Positions 9,320 to 20,118 of a stretch of 64,000 nt of DNA are shown piece after piece. Position 1 is the first letter of the stretch; every line of letters starts with the position of its first letter. A program made the translations under genes and the position numbers. Origin of the DNA: Minisyncoccota bacterium (GTDB lineage: Bacteria > Patescibacteriota > Minisyncoccia > Phycocordibacterales > UBA9973); contig JBAYUN010000001.1 in assembly GCA_041675085.1 (NCBI GenBank), positions 87,347-151,346 of the forward strand, read 5' to 3'. Below the pieces are notes generated by a model. The model saw only the letters and a list, made by a program, of their open reading frames with translations. It was not told where the DNA came from and did no database searches.

Positions 9320-11104
9320 ATGATTATTAAAATATTTAAAAAAAATAAAATAAAAGGTGATAACTTTTTCGTAGAACCAGACGAGATATTTTTGGATTCA
9401 AAAAATTTACAAAATTTTGACACTCAGCAATTCGAAGGACGTATCGAGAAGCCTATTTCCAAACAAGTCGTCTTTGTAACAGGAGCTTTTTTCTTTCTAT
9501 TTATTTTTGTTTTCGGTTTTAGATTATTTCACCTCCAAGTTAATAAAGGCGAAGCATATTTTGCTAGAAGTGAGAACAACAAACTTTCTGAAGAGATTAT
9601 TTTTGCAGATAGAGGCATAGTCTACGATCGTAAAGGTGTCGAACTTGCTTGGAATAAGAAAATATTGAATGACGTTGTTTTAGACAAAGATGCTACTGTC
9701 TCTCTAGATGCCTTGGGTGAGACTGCAGAATCTACTGAACCTAAAGAAGAAATTAAAGACAATTTTATCTCAGTCCGTTCGTATTTATATCCTGGATTTT
9801 CTCATGTACTGGGATACGTATCTTCGCCTATTAAAGACAAGACTGGTAAATATTGGCAAGCGAACTTTATCGGTAAAGACGGGCTTGAGAAACAATACAA
9901 TGACAGAATCCAAGGCGAGAATGGTTCCAAAATAGTCGAAGTCGACGCCAGAGGCAAGGTGCATTCTGAAAATACAGTAAATCCTCCAAAAAGAGGACCT
10001 GATCTAAATACAACCATAGACGCAAAAATCCAACAAGATTTATTTAACTCAATTCAAAAATTGTCTGAGACTCATGGCTTTACTGGTGGAGCGGGAGTCG
10101 TCATGGATATTCATAATGGAGAAGTCCTCAGTCTAGTGAGTTATCCTGAATATAATGGAGAAGTTTTGTCCCTAGGCGAAGACAATAACATCATCAGCAA
10201 TTACATAACTGACAAAAGAAAAGTTTTCTTAAATAGAGCTGTCTCAGGTTTGTATGCACCCGGATCTATAGTCAAACCCTTTTTTGCTCTTGGAGCTTTG
10301 ATGGAAGGTATTATAAGTCCAGACAAATCTATTTTTTCTAGCGGTTCTATCTCTATACCGAATCCTTACGATTCTACAAAGCCTACTATATTTAAAGACT
10401 GGAAAGCGCATGGTTGGACTGATATGCGTGAAGCTATCGCTGTTTCTTCTGACGTTTATTTTTATAGTATTGGAGGAGGCTTCGACGGTCAGGTTGGGCT
10501 CGGTATTGCGCGTTTAGAAAAATATGCGAGATTATTTAATATTGGAGACAAGACAGGAGTGGATTTGCCTACAGAGAAATCTGGAGTCATACCAAATCCA
10601 GACTGGAAAGCTAAAAATTTCAAAGGTGAAGCTTGGCGTATTGGAAATACTTTTCACACTTCTATCGGTCAGTATGGTTTCCAAGTCACTCCACTTGAGA
10701 TGGCACGTGCTACTAGTACTTTGGCTAATGGAGGCAAAGTTGTCACTCCGCATTTACTATTAGGAGATAAAGAGTTAGAGGATAAAGTTTCAGAAATTAC
10801 TTTAGATAAAGATCAATTAAAAGTAATTCATGAAGGTATGAGAATGACTGTGACCGAAGGTACAGCAGCACCACTCAATGTGCCATACGTAAAAGTTGCC
10901 GCCAAGACAGGTACTGCTCAGATAGGTGTTTTGAAAAATAGAGTCAATTCTTGGGTGGTTGGATTTTTCCCGTACGAGAATCCTAAATATGCATTCACTA
11001 TTATGATGGAGTCTGGACCATCTACCAATGGAGTAGGGGCGACGTCTGTAATGCGTGAAGTCTTGGACAAAATGTCAGTAGACAACCCTGGTTATTTTGA
11101 ATAA
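9320..11104 (+). CDS. mrdA: Penicillin-binding protein 2 / peptidoglycan D,D-transpeptidase
   Basis: N-terminal TM; transpeptidase motifs SIVKP (SxxK), SSD (SxN), KTGTA. Confidence 0.8.
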   Translation: MIIKIFKKNKIKGDNFFVEPDEIFLDSKNLQNFDTQQFEGRIEKPISKQVVFVTGAFFFLFIFVFGFRLFHLQVNKGEAYFARSENNKLSEEIIFADRGIVYDRKGVELAWNKKILNDVVLDKDATVSLDALGETAESTEPKEEIKDNFISVRSYLYPGFSHVLGYVSSPIKDKTGKYWQANFIGKDGLEKQYNDRIQGENGSKIVEVDARGKVHSENTVNPPKRGPDLNTTIDAKIQQDLFNSIQKLSETHGFTGGAGVVMDIHNGEVLSLVSYPEYNGEVLSLGEDNNIISNYITDKRKVFLNRAVSGLYAPGSIVKPFFALGALMEGIISPDKSIFSSGSISIPNPYDSTKPTIFKDWKAHGWTDMREAIAVSSDVYFYSIGGGFDGQVGLGIARLEKYARLFNIGDKTGVDLPTEKSGVIPNPDWKAKNFKGEAWRIGNTFHTSIGQYGFQVTPLEMARATSTLANGGKVVTPHLLLGDKELEDKVSEITLDKDQLKVIHEGMRMTVTEGTAAPLNVPYVKVAAKTGTAQIGVLKNRVNSWVVGFFPYENPKYAFTIMMESGPSTNGVGATSVMREVLDKMSVDNPGYFE

Positions 11105-11142
11105 TGAAAGGAAAAATAAAAAATAGCATTATGTAGTTTTCA

Positions 11143-11171
11143 TTGACTTTTGCTTGTATAACTTGTATATT
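11143..11171 (+). promoter_or_regulatory. Sigma70-like promoter: -35 TTGACT, 17-bp spacer, -10 TATATT, followed by a small 5'UTR hairpin
   Basis: Read directly: ttgact-17nt-tatatt about 55 nt upstream of the 11225 ATG. Confidence 0.35.
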
Positions 11172-11224
11172 TAGACCATAAACGTTCTTGTTTGTGGTCT
11201 TTATTATTATGGTAAATTATTAAT

Positions 11225-13141
11225 TTGAATATAAATTTTATGAAAAAGTATTTGTTAGGTTTAATGGTTTTCGGTTTTCTTTTTATTGGACAGAATGTAT
11301 TTACTGCAGGTGCAGCAAGTACTACAGTAGTTTATCCTGAGGATATGACAAGCAATCTAGGAGATGTTTTGTCAAATCCAAATAAATGGTTTTTTTGGAA
11401 CGATGAAAATAACACAATAGATAATTCTTTGGGTGGTTTTGTTGCTGGACCAATGGATCCAACTAACGGTGATGACAGTGTTCAAATAAGTGTCTCAGGT
11501 TCACAAAGAAGAAATTTAGCTACTTATCAATTTTCAGGAACACCTCTTGCTTCTATAAAACAATTAAGTTTTGAAACTTATAATCCAAGTACTGGAAACG
11601 GAGGAAGTGCTAATAGATCAGCTTATCTAAACTTTAATGTTGATTTTGACGGTTCTGATACTTGGCAAAGAAGACTAGTGTATGTTCCTGCAAATAATGG
11701 AGCTGTTATTCAAGACCAATGGCAAAAATGGGATGCAATAAATGAAGGCAATGCTATGTGGAATTATTCAGGTGCAAATTGGCCTGTAACAGGAGAATTA
11801 GGCACAACGCTTAAAACTTGGTCTCAAATTTTAACTGATTATTCTGGTGCAAGAATCCGTGTTAATGATTCTTGGTTAGGTTTGAGAGTTGGAGAACCTT
11901 ACAATGACGGATATACAGAAAATGTAGATTCATTTGTTTTCGGCACAGAGACAGAAACTAAAACTTTTGATTTTGAAAGATCTTTCGGCAATGTTCAAAT
12001 CACTAGATATTCTTGCCCTGAAGGAACTACAGTAATTCGTTCAGCTAATGGTGTAGGTCAAACTGTACCAGCAGGATGTGTACTAGCGTCTGGTAAAACT
12101 TATGGTTATGTTTATGGAACACAAACTGATGCAAATGCTCCTTACCCTGAATTGTCAGCTCCCGTAATGTCTGCTGGGTCAACAGATATAAATGGTGTAT
12201 TAACTATTCCAAACTTATTAGTAAATGGAAGATATTTGATAGTAGAAACTAATCCTGCAAACCCAACAGAAAAATTACCTCATGGAGATGTCTTAGGACT
12301 TTATTGTATTGGAGATGGAGACACTTCAGACAGTAATGACAATCAAGAGCTTACTTTTGTTACTGAAAGTGGCACAACTAATTGTGTTGGCTATGATGAT
12401 AACGGACCAGCGCCTGTAGTTAACGGAACTCTAGTAGTAAAGAAAATAGTAGTAAACAATGAAAATGGTGTTAAGACAGCTGGAGATTTCTCTTTCAAAA
12501 TAAACGGAGGTGGTTCAGTAAACTTCATGCAAAACATAAGTAATCCTTTACTAGGTGAAAATACAATCAGTCTAGCTCCAGGAACTTATACAATCACAGA
12601 AGACTCTGTAGCAAATTATGCAGCCCTCGCTGAGAATTGTACTGCTATAGTTATCACTTCAGAACAAACAGCTACTTGTACTTTTACAAATGATGACTTT
12701 ATTCACTCTGGAGGTGGCTCTGCTGCTCCTACTGTATCTGGATCTGTATTAGGTGCTTCTACTGAAAATACAGACTCAATGACTACAGAAGCTCCAAAAG
12801 GTGAAGTCCTCGGTGCGACTACTTGTAGTGCGATTTATCTAAACGATTTCTTGGCTTTTGATAAGAAAAATAATCCTGAGCAAGTTAAATTATTGCAAAC
12901 TTTCTTGAATGAAAATCTTTCTCTAAATCCAGCTCTTGCTGTTGATGGAAAATTTGGTAAAGAGACAAGAAAAGCTGTTATCGCTTTTCAAGAAAAATAT
13001 GCATCTGAAATCTTGGCTCCTTGGGTAGCTTTAGGAATCCCAGAAGGAAAGGGAACAGGTAATGTATACAAGACTACTAAATGGAAAATCAATATGCTTA
13101 AATGTCCTGATTTGAAATTAGAAGTCCCTCAACTCCCATAA
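11225..13141 (+). CDS. Large secreted protein with C-terminal peptidoglycan-binding (PG_binding_1-like) domain
   Basis: Signal peptide; C-terminal LLQTFLNENLSLNPALAVDGKFGKETRKAVIAFQEKY resembles a PG-binding domain. Confidence 0.55.
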   Translation: MNINFMKKYLLGLMVFGFLFIGQNVFTAGAASTTVVYPEDMTSNLGDVLSNPNKWFFWNDENNTIDNSLGGFVAGPMDPTNGDDSVQISVSGSQRRNLATYQFSGTPLASIKQLSFETYNPSTGNGGSANRSAYLNFNVDFDGSDTWQRRLVYVPANNGAVIQDQWQKWDAINEGNAMWNYSGANWPVTGELGTTLKTWSQILTDYSGARIRVNDSWLGLRVGEPYNDGYTENVDSFVFGTETETKTFDFERSFGNVQITRYSCPEGTTVIRSANGVGQTVPAGCVLASGKTYGYVYGTQTDANAPYPELSAPVMSAGSTDINGVLTIPNLLVNGRYLIVETNPANPTEKLPHGDVLGLYCIGDGDTSDSNDNQELTFVTESGTTNCVGYDDNGPAPVVNGTLVVKKIVVNNENGVKTAGDFSFKINGGGSVNFMQNISNPLLGENTISLAPGTYTITEDSVANYAALAENCTAIVITSEQTATCTFTNDDFIHSGGGSAAPTVSGSVLGASTENTDSMTTEAPKGEVLGATTCSAIYLNDFLAFDKKNNPEQVKLLQTFLNENLSLNPALAVDGKFGKETRKAVIAFQEKYASEILAPWVALGIPEGKGTGNVYKTTKWKINMLKCPDLKLEVPQLP

Positions 13142-13171
13142 TACCTTTAATAATAAGGTTAAAAATTAAAA

Positions 13172-13198
13172 ACACGGTCACTTGACCGTGTTTTTAAT
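13172..13198 (+). terminator. Rho-independent terminator (ACACGGTCA/TGACCGTGT stem plus TTTTTAATTT)
   Basis: Perfect 9-bp inverted repeat followed by T-run right after the stop of the 11225-13141 gene. Confidence 0.6.
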
Positions 13199-14392
13199 TT
13201 GTTATATAATACATTCGTGAATAAATTTTGGAAAAAAATACGAAATCATTTAGTTCCTCACGACGACAACGGACACGCTCCGCATCTTTTGCGTCATGAA
13301 TCTATTACTTTTTTATTCCTAGCGGTGATTATCCTAGAATTAGGTCTATTGGTCCAAATATTTTTTGTTTTCAACAAGACGAATTTCTTGGCAGCAGTCT
13401 TGCCTGGAGTTCTAACCGCTCTAACCAACGATCAAAGAGTAGCCAATAACTTGGACACCCTTACAGAAAACAATCTCTTGAAACAAGCTGCTCAATTAAA
13501 AGCCAACGATATGGCCGCCCGTGGATATTTCTCTCACAATACTCCAGACGGGAAAACTCCTTGGTATTTCTTGAACCAAGTAAATTACAAATACAAACTC
13601 GCAGGTGAGAACTTGGCTGTTAATTTCTTTGAATCTGAAGAAGTAGCACGTGCTTGGATGGCCTCACCGAGCCATAGAGCAAATATAGTAAAGAAAGACT
13701 ATACCGAGATAGGTATAGCTGTAGCTAGTGGCAATTATGAAGGTAGAAATGCTGTCTTTGTTGTGCAATTTTTCGGTAAACCAGAGTCAGCTCCTAAAGT
13801 TACAAACACTACAATTCCAGTAAATACAAATAATACAAACATAGCAACAACCATAAACCCGACTGTAGTAATAGATAACAATCAAGTCTTGGGAGAAGAG
13901 ACAGTAGTCAAAACCATAAGTGCAACAACTCCAAAAAAAGCTCCAACCACAAAAACCCCAACTAAAACTACTCAAGCAACTAAAACAGAAACAGGCACCA
14001 AAACAACTCCAAAAACTGAATCAACACCAAAAACACCAGAGACCACAAATACAGTAGCTCAAACAAATGATATTAATTCTACCAATGAAATCTTGCCTCT
14101 AACGGTAGGACTCACAAAGCAAACTATATCTAAAGTAGAAGCTTATATAAATAAAGTCTTAACTTCACCAAATAAAAACATAAGTAATCTCTTGTATATC
14201 ATTGTTGGTATAATCTTAGGTATCTTTATCACTTTCTTGATAAAGTCAGAGATAATGCATCCTTTTATAATTATCAGAAGCTTAGCCTTGATAACAGTGA
14301 TCTTTGTATTACTTTTTGTAAATATAAACCTCTTGAAAACAGAGACTAAAATACCTCTAAACGACTCATCTTTTAGTGCAATTGCCTTATAG
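13199..14392 (+). CDS. CAP/SCP/PR1-like domain protein with Thr/Pro-rich linker and C-terminal TM segments; true start uncertain (ATG abuts the terminator; GTG at 13217 possible)
   Basis: GYFSHNTPDG...AGENLAVNF...WMASPSHRANIVKKDYTEIGIAVA CAP-domain motifs; TTKTPTKTT repeats. Confidence 0.55.
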   Translation: MLYNTFVNKFWKKIRNHLVPHDDNGHAPHLLRHESITFLFLAVIILELGLLVQIFFVFNKTNFLAAVLPGVLTALTNDQRVANNLDTLTENNLLKQAAQLKANDMAARGYFSHNTPDGKTPWYFLNQVNYKYKLAGENLAVNFFESEEVARAWMASPSHRANIVKKDYTEIGIAVASGNYEGRNAVFVVQFFGKPESAPKVTNTTIPVNTNNTNIATTINPTVVIDNNQVLGEETVVKTISATTPKKAPTTKTPTKTTQATKTETGTKTTPKTESTPKTPETTNTVAQTNDINSTNEILPLTVGLTKQTISKVEAYINKVLTSPNKNISNLLYIIVGIILGIFITFLIKSEIMHPFIIIRSLALITVIFVLLFVNINLLKTETKIPLNDSSFSAIAL

Positions 14393-14416
14393 TTTTTTCT
14401 TTTATATAATAGGGTA

Positions 14417-14641
14417 ATGCACACATCAAGAACATTGTTAATTATTGGAATTTGGACAGCGATATTACCTTATTTGGGTTTTCCTTCTTTGATTAAAAAT
14501 ATCCTGTTTGTAATCACGGGTTTTATCCTTATTTATATTAGTCTAGTCTTATACAAGAATTCTAAAAAAGAAACTCCTATCAAAAGGATGTTTGAAAACT
14601 TCTCAGAAAATTTACCTTTTAGAGATAAAAGAATGAATTAA
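14417..14641 (+). CDS. Small 2-TM membrane protein
   Basis: 74 aa, two hydrophobic helices. Confidence 0.35.
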   Translation: MHTSRTLLIIGIWTAILPYLGFPSLIKNILFVITGFILIYISLVLYKNSKKETPIKRMFENFSENLPFRDKRMN

Positions 14642-14643
14642 TT

Positions 14644-15912
14644 ATGAAAAATATTTTCGAATTTTTTAAAATAAAACAAAACAGAAATTTCTCATTAGTC
14701 GTCGTTTTTGTTTTTATCTTTGGTTTGTATTTAGGTTTTGCTCAAAGTAAAAATTTTGAAAACATAACTTCTTTTGTTACAAGAGAATCACAAGTAGATC
14801 CGAATACTATCGATCTAGCTCCTTTTTGGAAAGTCTGGGGAGCGCTCGATGAGAAGTATCCTGGAGCAAATGCTACAGATAACCAAGCTCGTGTTTATGG
14901 TGCCATAAAAGGCCTTGTAGGCTCATTAGAAGACCCTTATACTTCATTCTTTACTCCAGAAGAGGCCAAGCTTTTCGAAGAAGATATTGCTGGGAATTTT
15001 AGCGGAGTTGGTATGGAAGTCGGCATGAAAGACAAAGTCCTAACTGTCATCGCTCCACTTAAAAATACTCCAGCGTACAATGCGGGTATCAAAGCTGGCG
15101 ACAAGATATTGCAAATTGACGAGAAGATAACCAACGACTTGTCTATAGACGAAGCTATCAAATTAATCCGTGGCGAGAAAGGTACTACTGTCGCTCTGTC
15201 TATCTATCGTGAAGGAGAGAATAAACCTCGTGAGATTAAAATCGTACGTGACACTATCAACGTGCCTACTATCGATACCGAACTACGTGATGATAAGATT
15301 TTCGTAGTCAAACTATATAGCTTTGGTGCGACTTCTATCAATCTATTCCGCGAAGCTATGCAAGAGTTCTCTGACTCTAAGACTGATAAATTATTGATAG
15401 ATTTGAGAGGCAATCCTGGAGGATATCTCGAAGCGGCAGTCGATATGGCGAGTTGGTTTTTGCCAAACGGTAAGACTGTTCTGATAGAAGATTACGGTGA
15501 AGGTCAAAAACAAAAAATCTACAGAAGTCATGGTTATGATATTTTTAATGACAATCTAAAGTATGTGATACTTATTGACGGAGGTTCGGCTTCTGCTTCA
15601 GAAATCTTGGCCGGAGCAATGCAAGATCATAGTAAAGCAAAAATAGTCGGAACTCAAAGTTATGGAAAAGGTTCAGTCCAAGAAGTTATCGATATCACCA
15701 ACGACACTTTACTCAAAGTAACTGTAGCTAAATGGCTCACACCAAACGGCTTGTCTATCTCAAACAAAGGACTCACTCCCGATTATGTTGTAGAGCAAAG
15801 AAATGATCCAGAAGGCGAGAAGACTGATGCTCAATTAGAAAAAGCTGTAGAGTTATTGTTGAATTGGACTAAAATAGAACCAAAAACAGAATCAACTACA
15901 GTAGTCGAATAA
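14644..15912 (+). CDS. ctpA: Carboxy-terminal processing protease (S41 family, PDZ domain)
   Basis: PDZ region GVGMEVG...[12 protein letters not shown]; S41 motifs [12 protein letters not shown] and [17 protein letters not shown]. Confidence 0.85.
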   Translation: MKNIFEFFKIKQNRNFSLVVVFVFIFGLYLGFAQSKNFENITSFVTRESQVDPNTIDLAPFWKVWGALDEKYPGANATDNQARVYGAIKGLVGSLEDPYTSFFTPEEAKLFEEDIAGNFSGVGMEVGMKDKVLTVIAPLKNTPAYNAGIKAGDKILQIDEKITNDLSIDEAIKLIRGEKGTTVALSIYREGENKPREIKIVRDTINVPTIDTELRDDKIFVVKLYSFGATSINLFREAMQEFSDSKTDKLLIDLRGNPGGYLEAAVDMASWFLPNGKTVLIEDYGEGQKQKIYRSHGYDIFNDNLKYVILIDGGSASASEILAGAMQDHSKAKIVGTQSYGKGSVQEVIDITNDTLLKVTVAKWLTPNGLSISNKGLTPDYVVEQRNDPEGEKTDAQLEKAVELLLNWTKIEPKTESTTVVE

Positions 15913-15940
15913 TTACAAATTTAAAATAAGAAATAAAAAT

Positions 15941-16384
15941 ATGAAAGTAATATTCTTAAAAGATGTACCAAAAATAGGCAGGAAAAATGATATCAAAGAA
16001 GTAAATGACGGCTATGCTACAAATTTCTTATTGCCTCGCAAATTAGCCGAAATAGCGACTCCAAAAGCTATAAAGGAATTAGAGATAAAGAACAATCAAG
16101 TCAAAGTCGAACGCGCTGTCCAAGACGAGTTACTGACTAAAAATCTAGAAGAAATCAAAGATAAAGTTGTGACCATAGTATCCAAAGCAGGAGAAAAGGG
16201 AAGTCTCTTCTCTTCGATTCACAAAAAAGATATCGTGGAGGCAATGTATAAGCAAAATCATATCCCAATAGACGAAGAATTCATAGATCTAGAAAAGCCA
16301 ATCAAAACTACAGGTGAATTTGAGATAAAGTTAGCTATCAAGGGCAAGACTTCTAGTTTCAAATTAATAATCAATCACGACTAA
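15941..16384 (+). CDS. rplI: 50S ribosomal protein L9
   Basis: [36 protein letters not shown]. Confidence 0.85.
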   Translation: MKVIFLKDVPKIGRKNDIKEVNDGYATNFLLPRKLAEIATPKAIKELEIKNNQVKVERAVQDELLTKNLEEIKDKVVTIVSKAGEKGSLFSSIHKKDIVEAMYKQNHIPIDEEFIDLEKPIKTTGEFEIKLAIKGKTSSFKLIINHD

Positions 16385-16410
16385 TATACTACTAAACAAT
16401 AAAAATAAAA

Positions 16411-16445
16411 ACCTTCTCATTTACGAGAAGGTTTTTATTTTTGTT
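16411..16445. terminator. Bidirectional intrinsic terminator between convergent rplI and rpmA
   Basis: ACCTTCTC-loop-GAGAAGGT hairpin flanked by A-run and T-run. Confidence 0.65.
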
Positions 16446-16457
16446 TAAAATTTAGAT

Positions 16458-16736
16458 TTATTTTACAATAACGTTTACTACTTTTTTGACTGCAGTTTTT
16501 CCGTTGAAAGAAGTTTTTCTCTTTGAACCGAATTTAACGATTCCTTCTTTTAGTGCAAATAAAGTATGATCTTTACCAAGGCCTACGTTTGCACCCGCCA
16601 TTATCACAGTACCTCTTTGGCGTACGATAACAGATCCAGGTTGTGCTTTTTGACCATCAGCAAGTTTAGTACCTAGGTACTTTGGATTCGAGTCTCTTAA
16701 GTTTTTGGCGGTTCCGCCGGCTTTCCTATGTGCCAT
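16458..16736 (-). CDS. rpmA: 50S ribosomal protein L27
   Basis: [24 protein letters not shown]...[20 protein letters not shown]. Confidence 0.9.
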   Translation of the reverse strand: MAHRKAGGTAKNLRDSNPKYLGTKLADGQKAQPGSVIVRQRGTVIMAGANVGLGKDHTLFALKEGIVKFGSKRKTSFNGKTAVKKVVNVIVK

Positions 16737-16791
16737 ATTGTTTTATTATATTTAATGTTAAAATTAATGTATATCAACTATATATCATATT

Positions 16792-17229
16792 ATGGAAAAA
16801 ATCAAGCATTTTATACAAAGTGATAATGGAAAAGACCTCTTAATCTTACTTATTATAATTCTAGTAGGTTTAGGCTCATTTCAGCTCGGAAGACTCTCAA
16901 AAGGCGAAATAAAGCCAAATATAGGCATAGATTACCCCGATCAGACAGCCCAGGCCTTGAAAGCCATAGATAATGCAAATACCGATAAAGGCGCAAATAC
17001 AAGGCTAGAAAATACAGATACAGGTAGTGAGGCCGAAATAGCTAAAAGCTATGAATACGAAGGGGTAAACCTAGAAGGTAGGAATTTCTTTGCTTCGAGT
17101 AGGGGAAGCAAGTACTACCCGTTTGGTTGCTCTGCTGGTAAAAGTATCAAGCAAGAAAATAGAATATATTTTGATACAGAAGAAGAAGCCAAAGAGAAAG
17201 GGTATACAAAGTCTTCTAGTTGTAAATAA
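16792..17229 (+). CDS. Membrane-anchored protein with Ada-type zinc-binding domain
   Basis: N-terminal TM; C-terminal SKYYPFGCSAGKSIKQENRIYFDTEEEAKEKGYTKSSSC fits the Ada metal-binding (YH/Cys...N..F...EA...G..PC) pattern. Confidence 0.45.
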   Translation: MEKIKHFIQSDNGKDLLILLIIILVGLGSFQLGRLSKGEIKPNIGIDYPDQTAQALKAIDNANTDKGANTRLENTDTGSEAEIAKSYEYEGVNLEGRNFFASSRGSKYYPFGCSAGKSIKQENRIYFDTEEEAKEKGYTKSSSCK

Positions 17230-17235
17230 AAAATC

Positions 17236-18432
17236 TTAGTGACTATGCTTATGATGTTTCAAATTCTCTTCTTCTATTTTTAGAGTTTCTTCGTTCACCT
17301 CTGTCTCATCTTTTTTCATCAAGAGTAGGGTAGCTATAAATGTAGTTATTGGTACTGCTAATATTAGACTTATACTACCTATCAAGATACGGACTATTTC
17401 TGTCGCAAAGATTTCTCTATTTAAAATTTGTTCTATATTCGTTGAACCAGAAAAAAGTAACAATAACGGTAGGGAAGCTCCTGCGTAGGCTATAGCTAGA
17501 GTATCGACTAAGGCGCCGATATGTTCCCGACCCATGCGCATAGCTCGCTTGAATATATTCTTTCTCTTTACGTGTGGTGCGATATGATGCAATTCTTCTA
17601 CGAATATAGCTTGGTTGATCGCTATGTCATACAAAACTCCTAAAAGTCCTATCATAATTCCTCCGATTAGTATACCTACTAGATCTATCTCACCCTGAAA
17701 ATTACGATTTAAAAATACAGCTTCTTCGTTATCATAACCAGTAAAGTTGCCGTAGTTGACCGATACTACTGCCAAGGTCCCGGTGATTATGATCGTAAGT
17801 ATCATACCTAATACTGCCGAAGTTGTAGTCTTGTTGAAACCGTGAGTAATATATGATCCTACAATAATGATAAAAGAAGAGACAATAATACTAACCAAGA
17901 CAGGTGAGTAGCCAGCCAATATTCCAGGCAAGAGCGCATAAATTATTAAAACAAAACTTAGAGCTAGACTTATGAGTCCTCTCAATCCTTGCCATCCTCC
18001 AATGAATATACTTAAAGCAATAAAAATAAAAAGTAAAACATAAATTATATTCAATCTGTACGGCTCCATCATAGCAAAAAATTCTTCACCGTCGCGAGTC
18101 GTATGATTCATGTAAAAAATATCTCCAGGCGCAAGGGGAGTAAAGTCGTTGTTGAATACGACCTCCCTGTCCTTATTTTCGCCTTCGAGGATGATAGCTT
18201 TAATCTCTTGATTTTTATTTTCTATATTGAAGACTGGTATTAGGTCGCTTGATTTATCTGTAGTCTCTAATACTCGAGCTTTCACTATCTCAGACTGCTC
18301 TACTACGGGCGGTAGGAGATTGTCTTCTAGTATTTCCTGTGCCATGAGTCCCCTAGGTAGTAGGGAAATGACACAGACAAATATCAACATCAGATATATT
18401 ATATTTTTGAAAGGTTTTATAAATTTAGACAT
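17236..18432 (-). CDS. YibE/F-like polytopic membrane protein
   Basis: N-terminal signal/TM, periplasmic domain, then about 8 TM helices; His-rich C-terminus. Confidence 0.45.
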   Translation of the reverse strand: MSKFIKPFKNIIYLMLIFVCVISLLPRGLMAQEILEDNLLPPVVEQSEIVKARVLETTDKSSDLIPVFNIENKNQEIKAIILEGENKDREVVFNNDFTPLAPGDIFYMNHTTRDGEEFFAMMEPYRLNIIYVLLFIFIALSIFIGGWQGLRGLISLALSFVLIIYALLPGILAGYSPVLVSIIVSSFIIIVGSYITHGFNKTTTSAVLGMILTIIITGTLAVVSVNYGNFTGYDNEEAVFLNRNFQGEIDLVGILIGGIMIGLLGVLYDIAINQAIFVEELHHIAPHVKRKNIFKRAMRMGREHIGALVDTLAIAYAGASLPLLLLFSGSTNIEQILNREIFATEIVRILIGSISLILAVPITTFIATLLLMKKDETEVNEETLKIEEENLKHHKHSH

Positions 18433-18606
18433 ATATTTTTATATTTAATAGAAAAGAACAGGAGAATGTATTTAAAACTATTTTTCCGGTCTTTTTATTT
18501 GTTCTATATTTAACAAGAGGTTATTATTATATTAGCGTCGCACAATATATCTTTTGGTTAGCTCATATATATCAATATATAGAATATATAAGCTAATTAA
18601 AGATTT

Positions 18607-18753
18607 CTACCAAACGCTGTAAAATAGTTCTTGGAACCACTCAAAAGTCCCTGTGAATGTAACTCCCATATATCTCATCAATAATAAAGCTACAACGATA
18701 ACAATAATTATATAAATAAATCCGCCTTCTTTTTGATTTTTTAAATTTTTCAT
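18607..18753 (-). CDS. Possible small single-TM protein (48 aa; below ORF-track cutoff)
   Basis: ATG..TAG frame read by hand: MKNLKNQKEGGFIYIIIVIVVALLLMRYMGVTFTGTFEWFQELFYSVW. Confidence 0.2.
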   Translation of the reverse strand: MKNLKNQKEGGFIYIIIVIVVALLLMRYMGVTFTGTFEWFQELFYSVW

Positions 18754-18795
18754 AATTTGTATATTATAACACATTTAACTATGCTTAATAATTGA

Positions 18796-20118
18796 TTAAT
18801 ATTTTGGTAAATAATACATTGGGTCCAAATATGCATTTACTGGTGCAAATGGCTGAGTTAGAGTCTTGCCTGGGCATGCTCTACTATCTTTACTTTCGAC
18901 TTTGACCGCATTCTTTACGTAGACTGTGACATGTAGATGTGGACCTGTAGTGTGACCAGTATTGCCACTATAGCCGACGATTTCTCCACGAGAGACTTTC
19001 TGACCAGGCACAGCTTTGATCAAAGACATATGACCGTACGCACTAGATAGTCCATTGTTATAATCTATCAAAATCCATTTACCAAAAGAAGCTCCTGCGC
19101 AAGTAGTATCAGTATCACCAACAGCTTTCACAACTCCTTCAGCCATAGCTTTCACAGGAGTACCTACAGACGCTCTAAAATCCGTCCCAGAGTGACTACC
19201 TGAAGCATATAGTCTCTTAGAAGCCGAAGTTTTACCGAATTGTTGAGTGACAAATACATTATCAAGTGGCCAAGACAGTACGTTGGCTCCAGGTAAAGAA
19301 TTTGGATCGAGTATGAATTTGAGTTGAGACTCATAGTCACGCAATTCTTTTTCTAATGCATCACGCAGAGCTTTTTTATCTTTCAATAATTTTTGATAGT
19401 TGGCTTCACTATTTTTTGTTTTACTCAGTAAAGTTTCTTTTTCTTTTTTATTTTGTTCAACTATTTTTCTCTCATCAGCAAGCCCATTTTTAAGGTATAC
19501 TAATTCCTCTTTTGCTTTTTCAGTAGCCGTTTGAACTGATTCCAATTCCCCTTTAATTTGTCTTAATTCGACTACCTTTTCTCGGATTTTTTCTCTAACA
19601 AAAAACATCTGATCTAGGTCGTTCCAGATATCCGTAATATTCTCACCATTTAGTATCAATTGGACTAAATTCTTGTTCTCAGCCTCGTTTATAAGCTTAA
19701 AATTGCTCTTTATGGCTCGCATATCTAAGGATATGGAGTCTTCTTTACTACCTATTTCGTTCGAAAGACTTTGAATCTTTAGGTTGGTTTGATCTATTTT
19801 ATTTTCAGTCAAAGTGATATTTAGTGTCAACTTCTTGCGATTGATTTCTATTTCTCTTAGAGAACTCGCTAGAGTATTTTTCTGTTTGCCGATAGTATTT
19901 AATTCATTTTGATATTTTTTTATATCTTCTTCAAGCTTCAAAATATCTACCGACTTTGTATTGATTTGATTTTCCAATTCTTCTTTGGATTGACCCGAAG
20001 AAAAAAATGGCAAACTCATAAAAAATATTATAAAAATAATTAATATATAAAAAATATTGAAATGTGAATATAAATATTTTTTATACAATTGCGTTTTGTA
20101 ATCTTTTAATGGTTTCAT
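18796..20118 (-). CDS. M23 (LytM-type) peptidoglycan endopeptidase with N-terminal coiled-coil (EnvC-like); start taken at MKPLKDYK, overlapping gltX 3' end by about 38 nt
   Basis: Signal-anchor, long coiled coil, C-terminal M23 domain with HSGTDF..D and GNTGHTTGPHLH motifs. Confidence 0.75.
   Translation of the reverse strand: MKPLKDYKTQLYKKYLYSHFNIFYILIIFIIFFMSLPFFSSGQSKEELENQINTKSVDILKLEEDIKKYQNELNTIGKQKNTLASSLREIEINRKKLTLNITLTENKIDQTNLKIQSLSNEIGSKEDSISLDMRAIKSNFKLINEAENKNLVQLILNGENITDIWNDLDQMFFVREKIREKVVELRQIKGELESVQTATEKAKEELVYLKNGLADERKIVEQNKKEKETLLSKTKNSEANYQKLLKDKKALRDALEKELRDYESQLKFILDPNSLPGANVLSWPLDNVFVTQQFGKTSASKRLYASGSHSGTDFRASVGTPVKAMAEGVVKAVGDTDTTCAGASFGKWILIDYNNGLSSAYGHMSLIKAVPGQKVSRGEIVGYSGNTGHTTGPHLHVTVYVKNAVKVESKDSRACPGKTLTQPFAPVNAYLDPMYYLPKY

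Noticed and set aside
13199-13220. ATG at 13199 as the CAP-domain gene start
   Set aside because: Not rejected outright, but it abuts the upstream terminator T-run with no room for a promoter; GTG at 13217 or read-through from upstream is equally plausible, so the start is flagged uncertain
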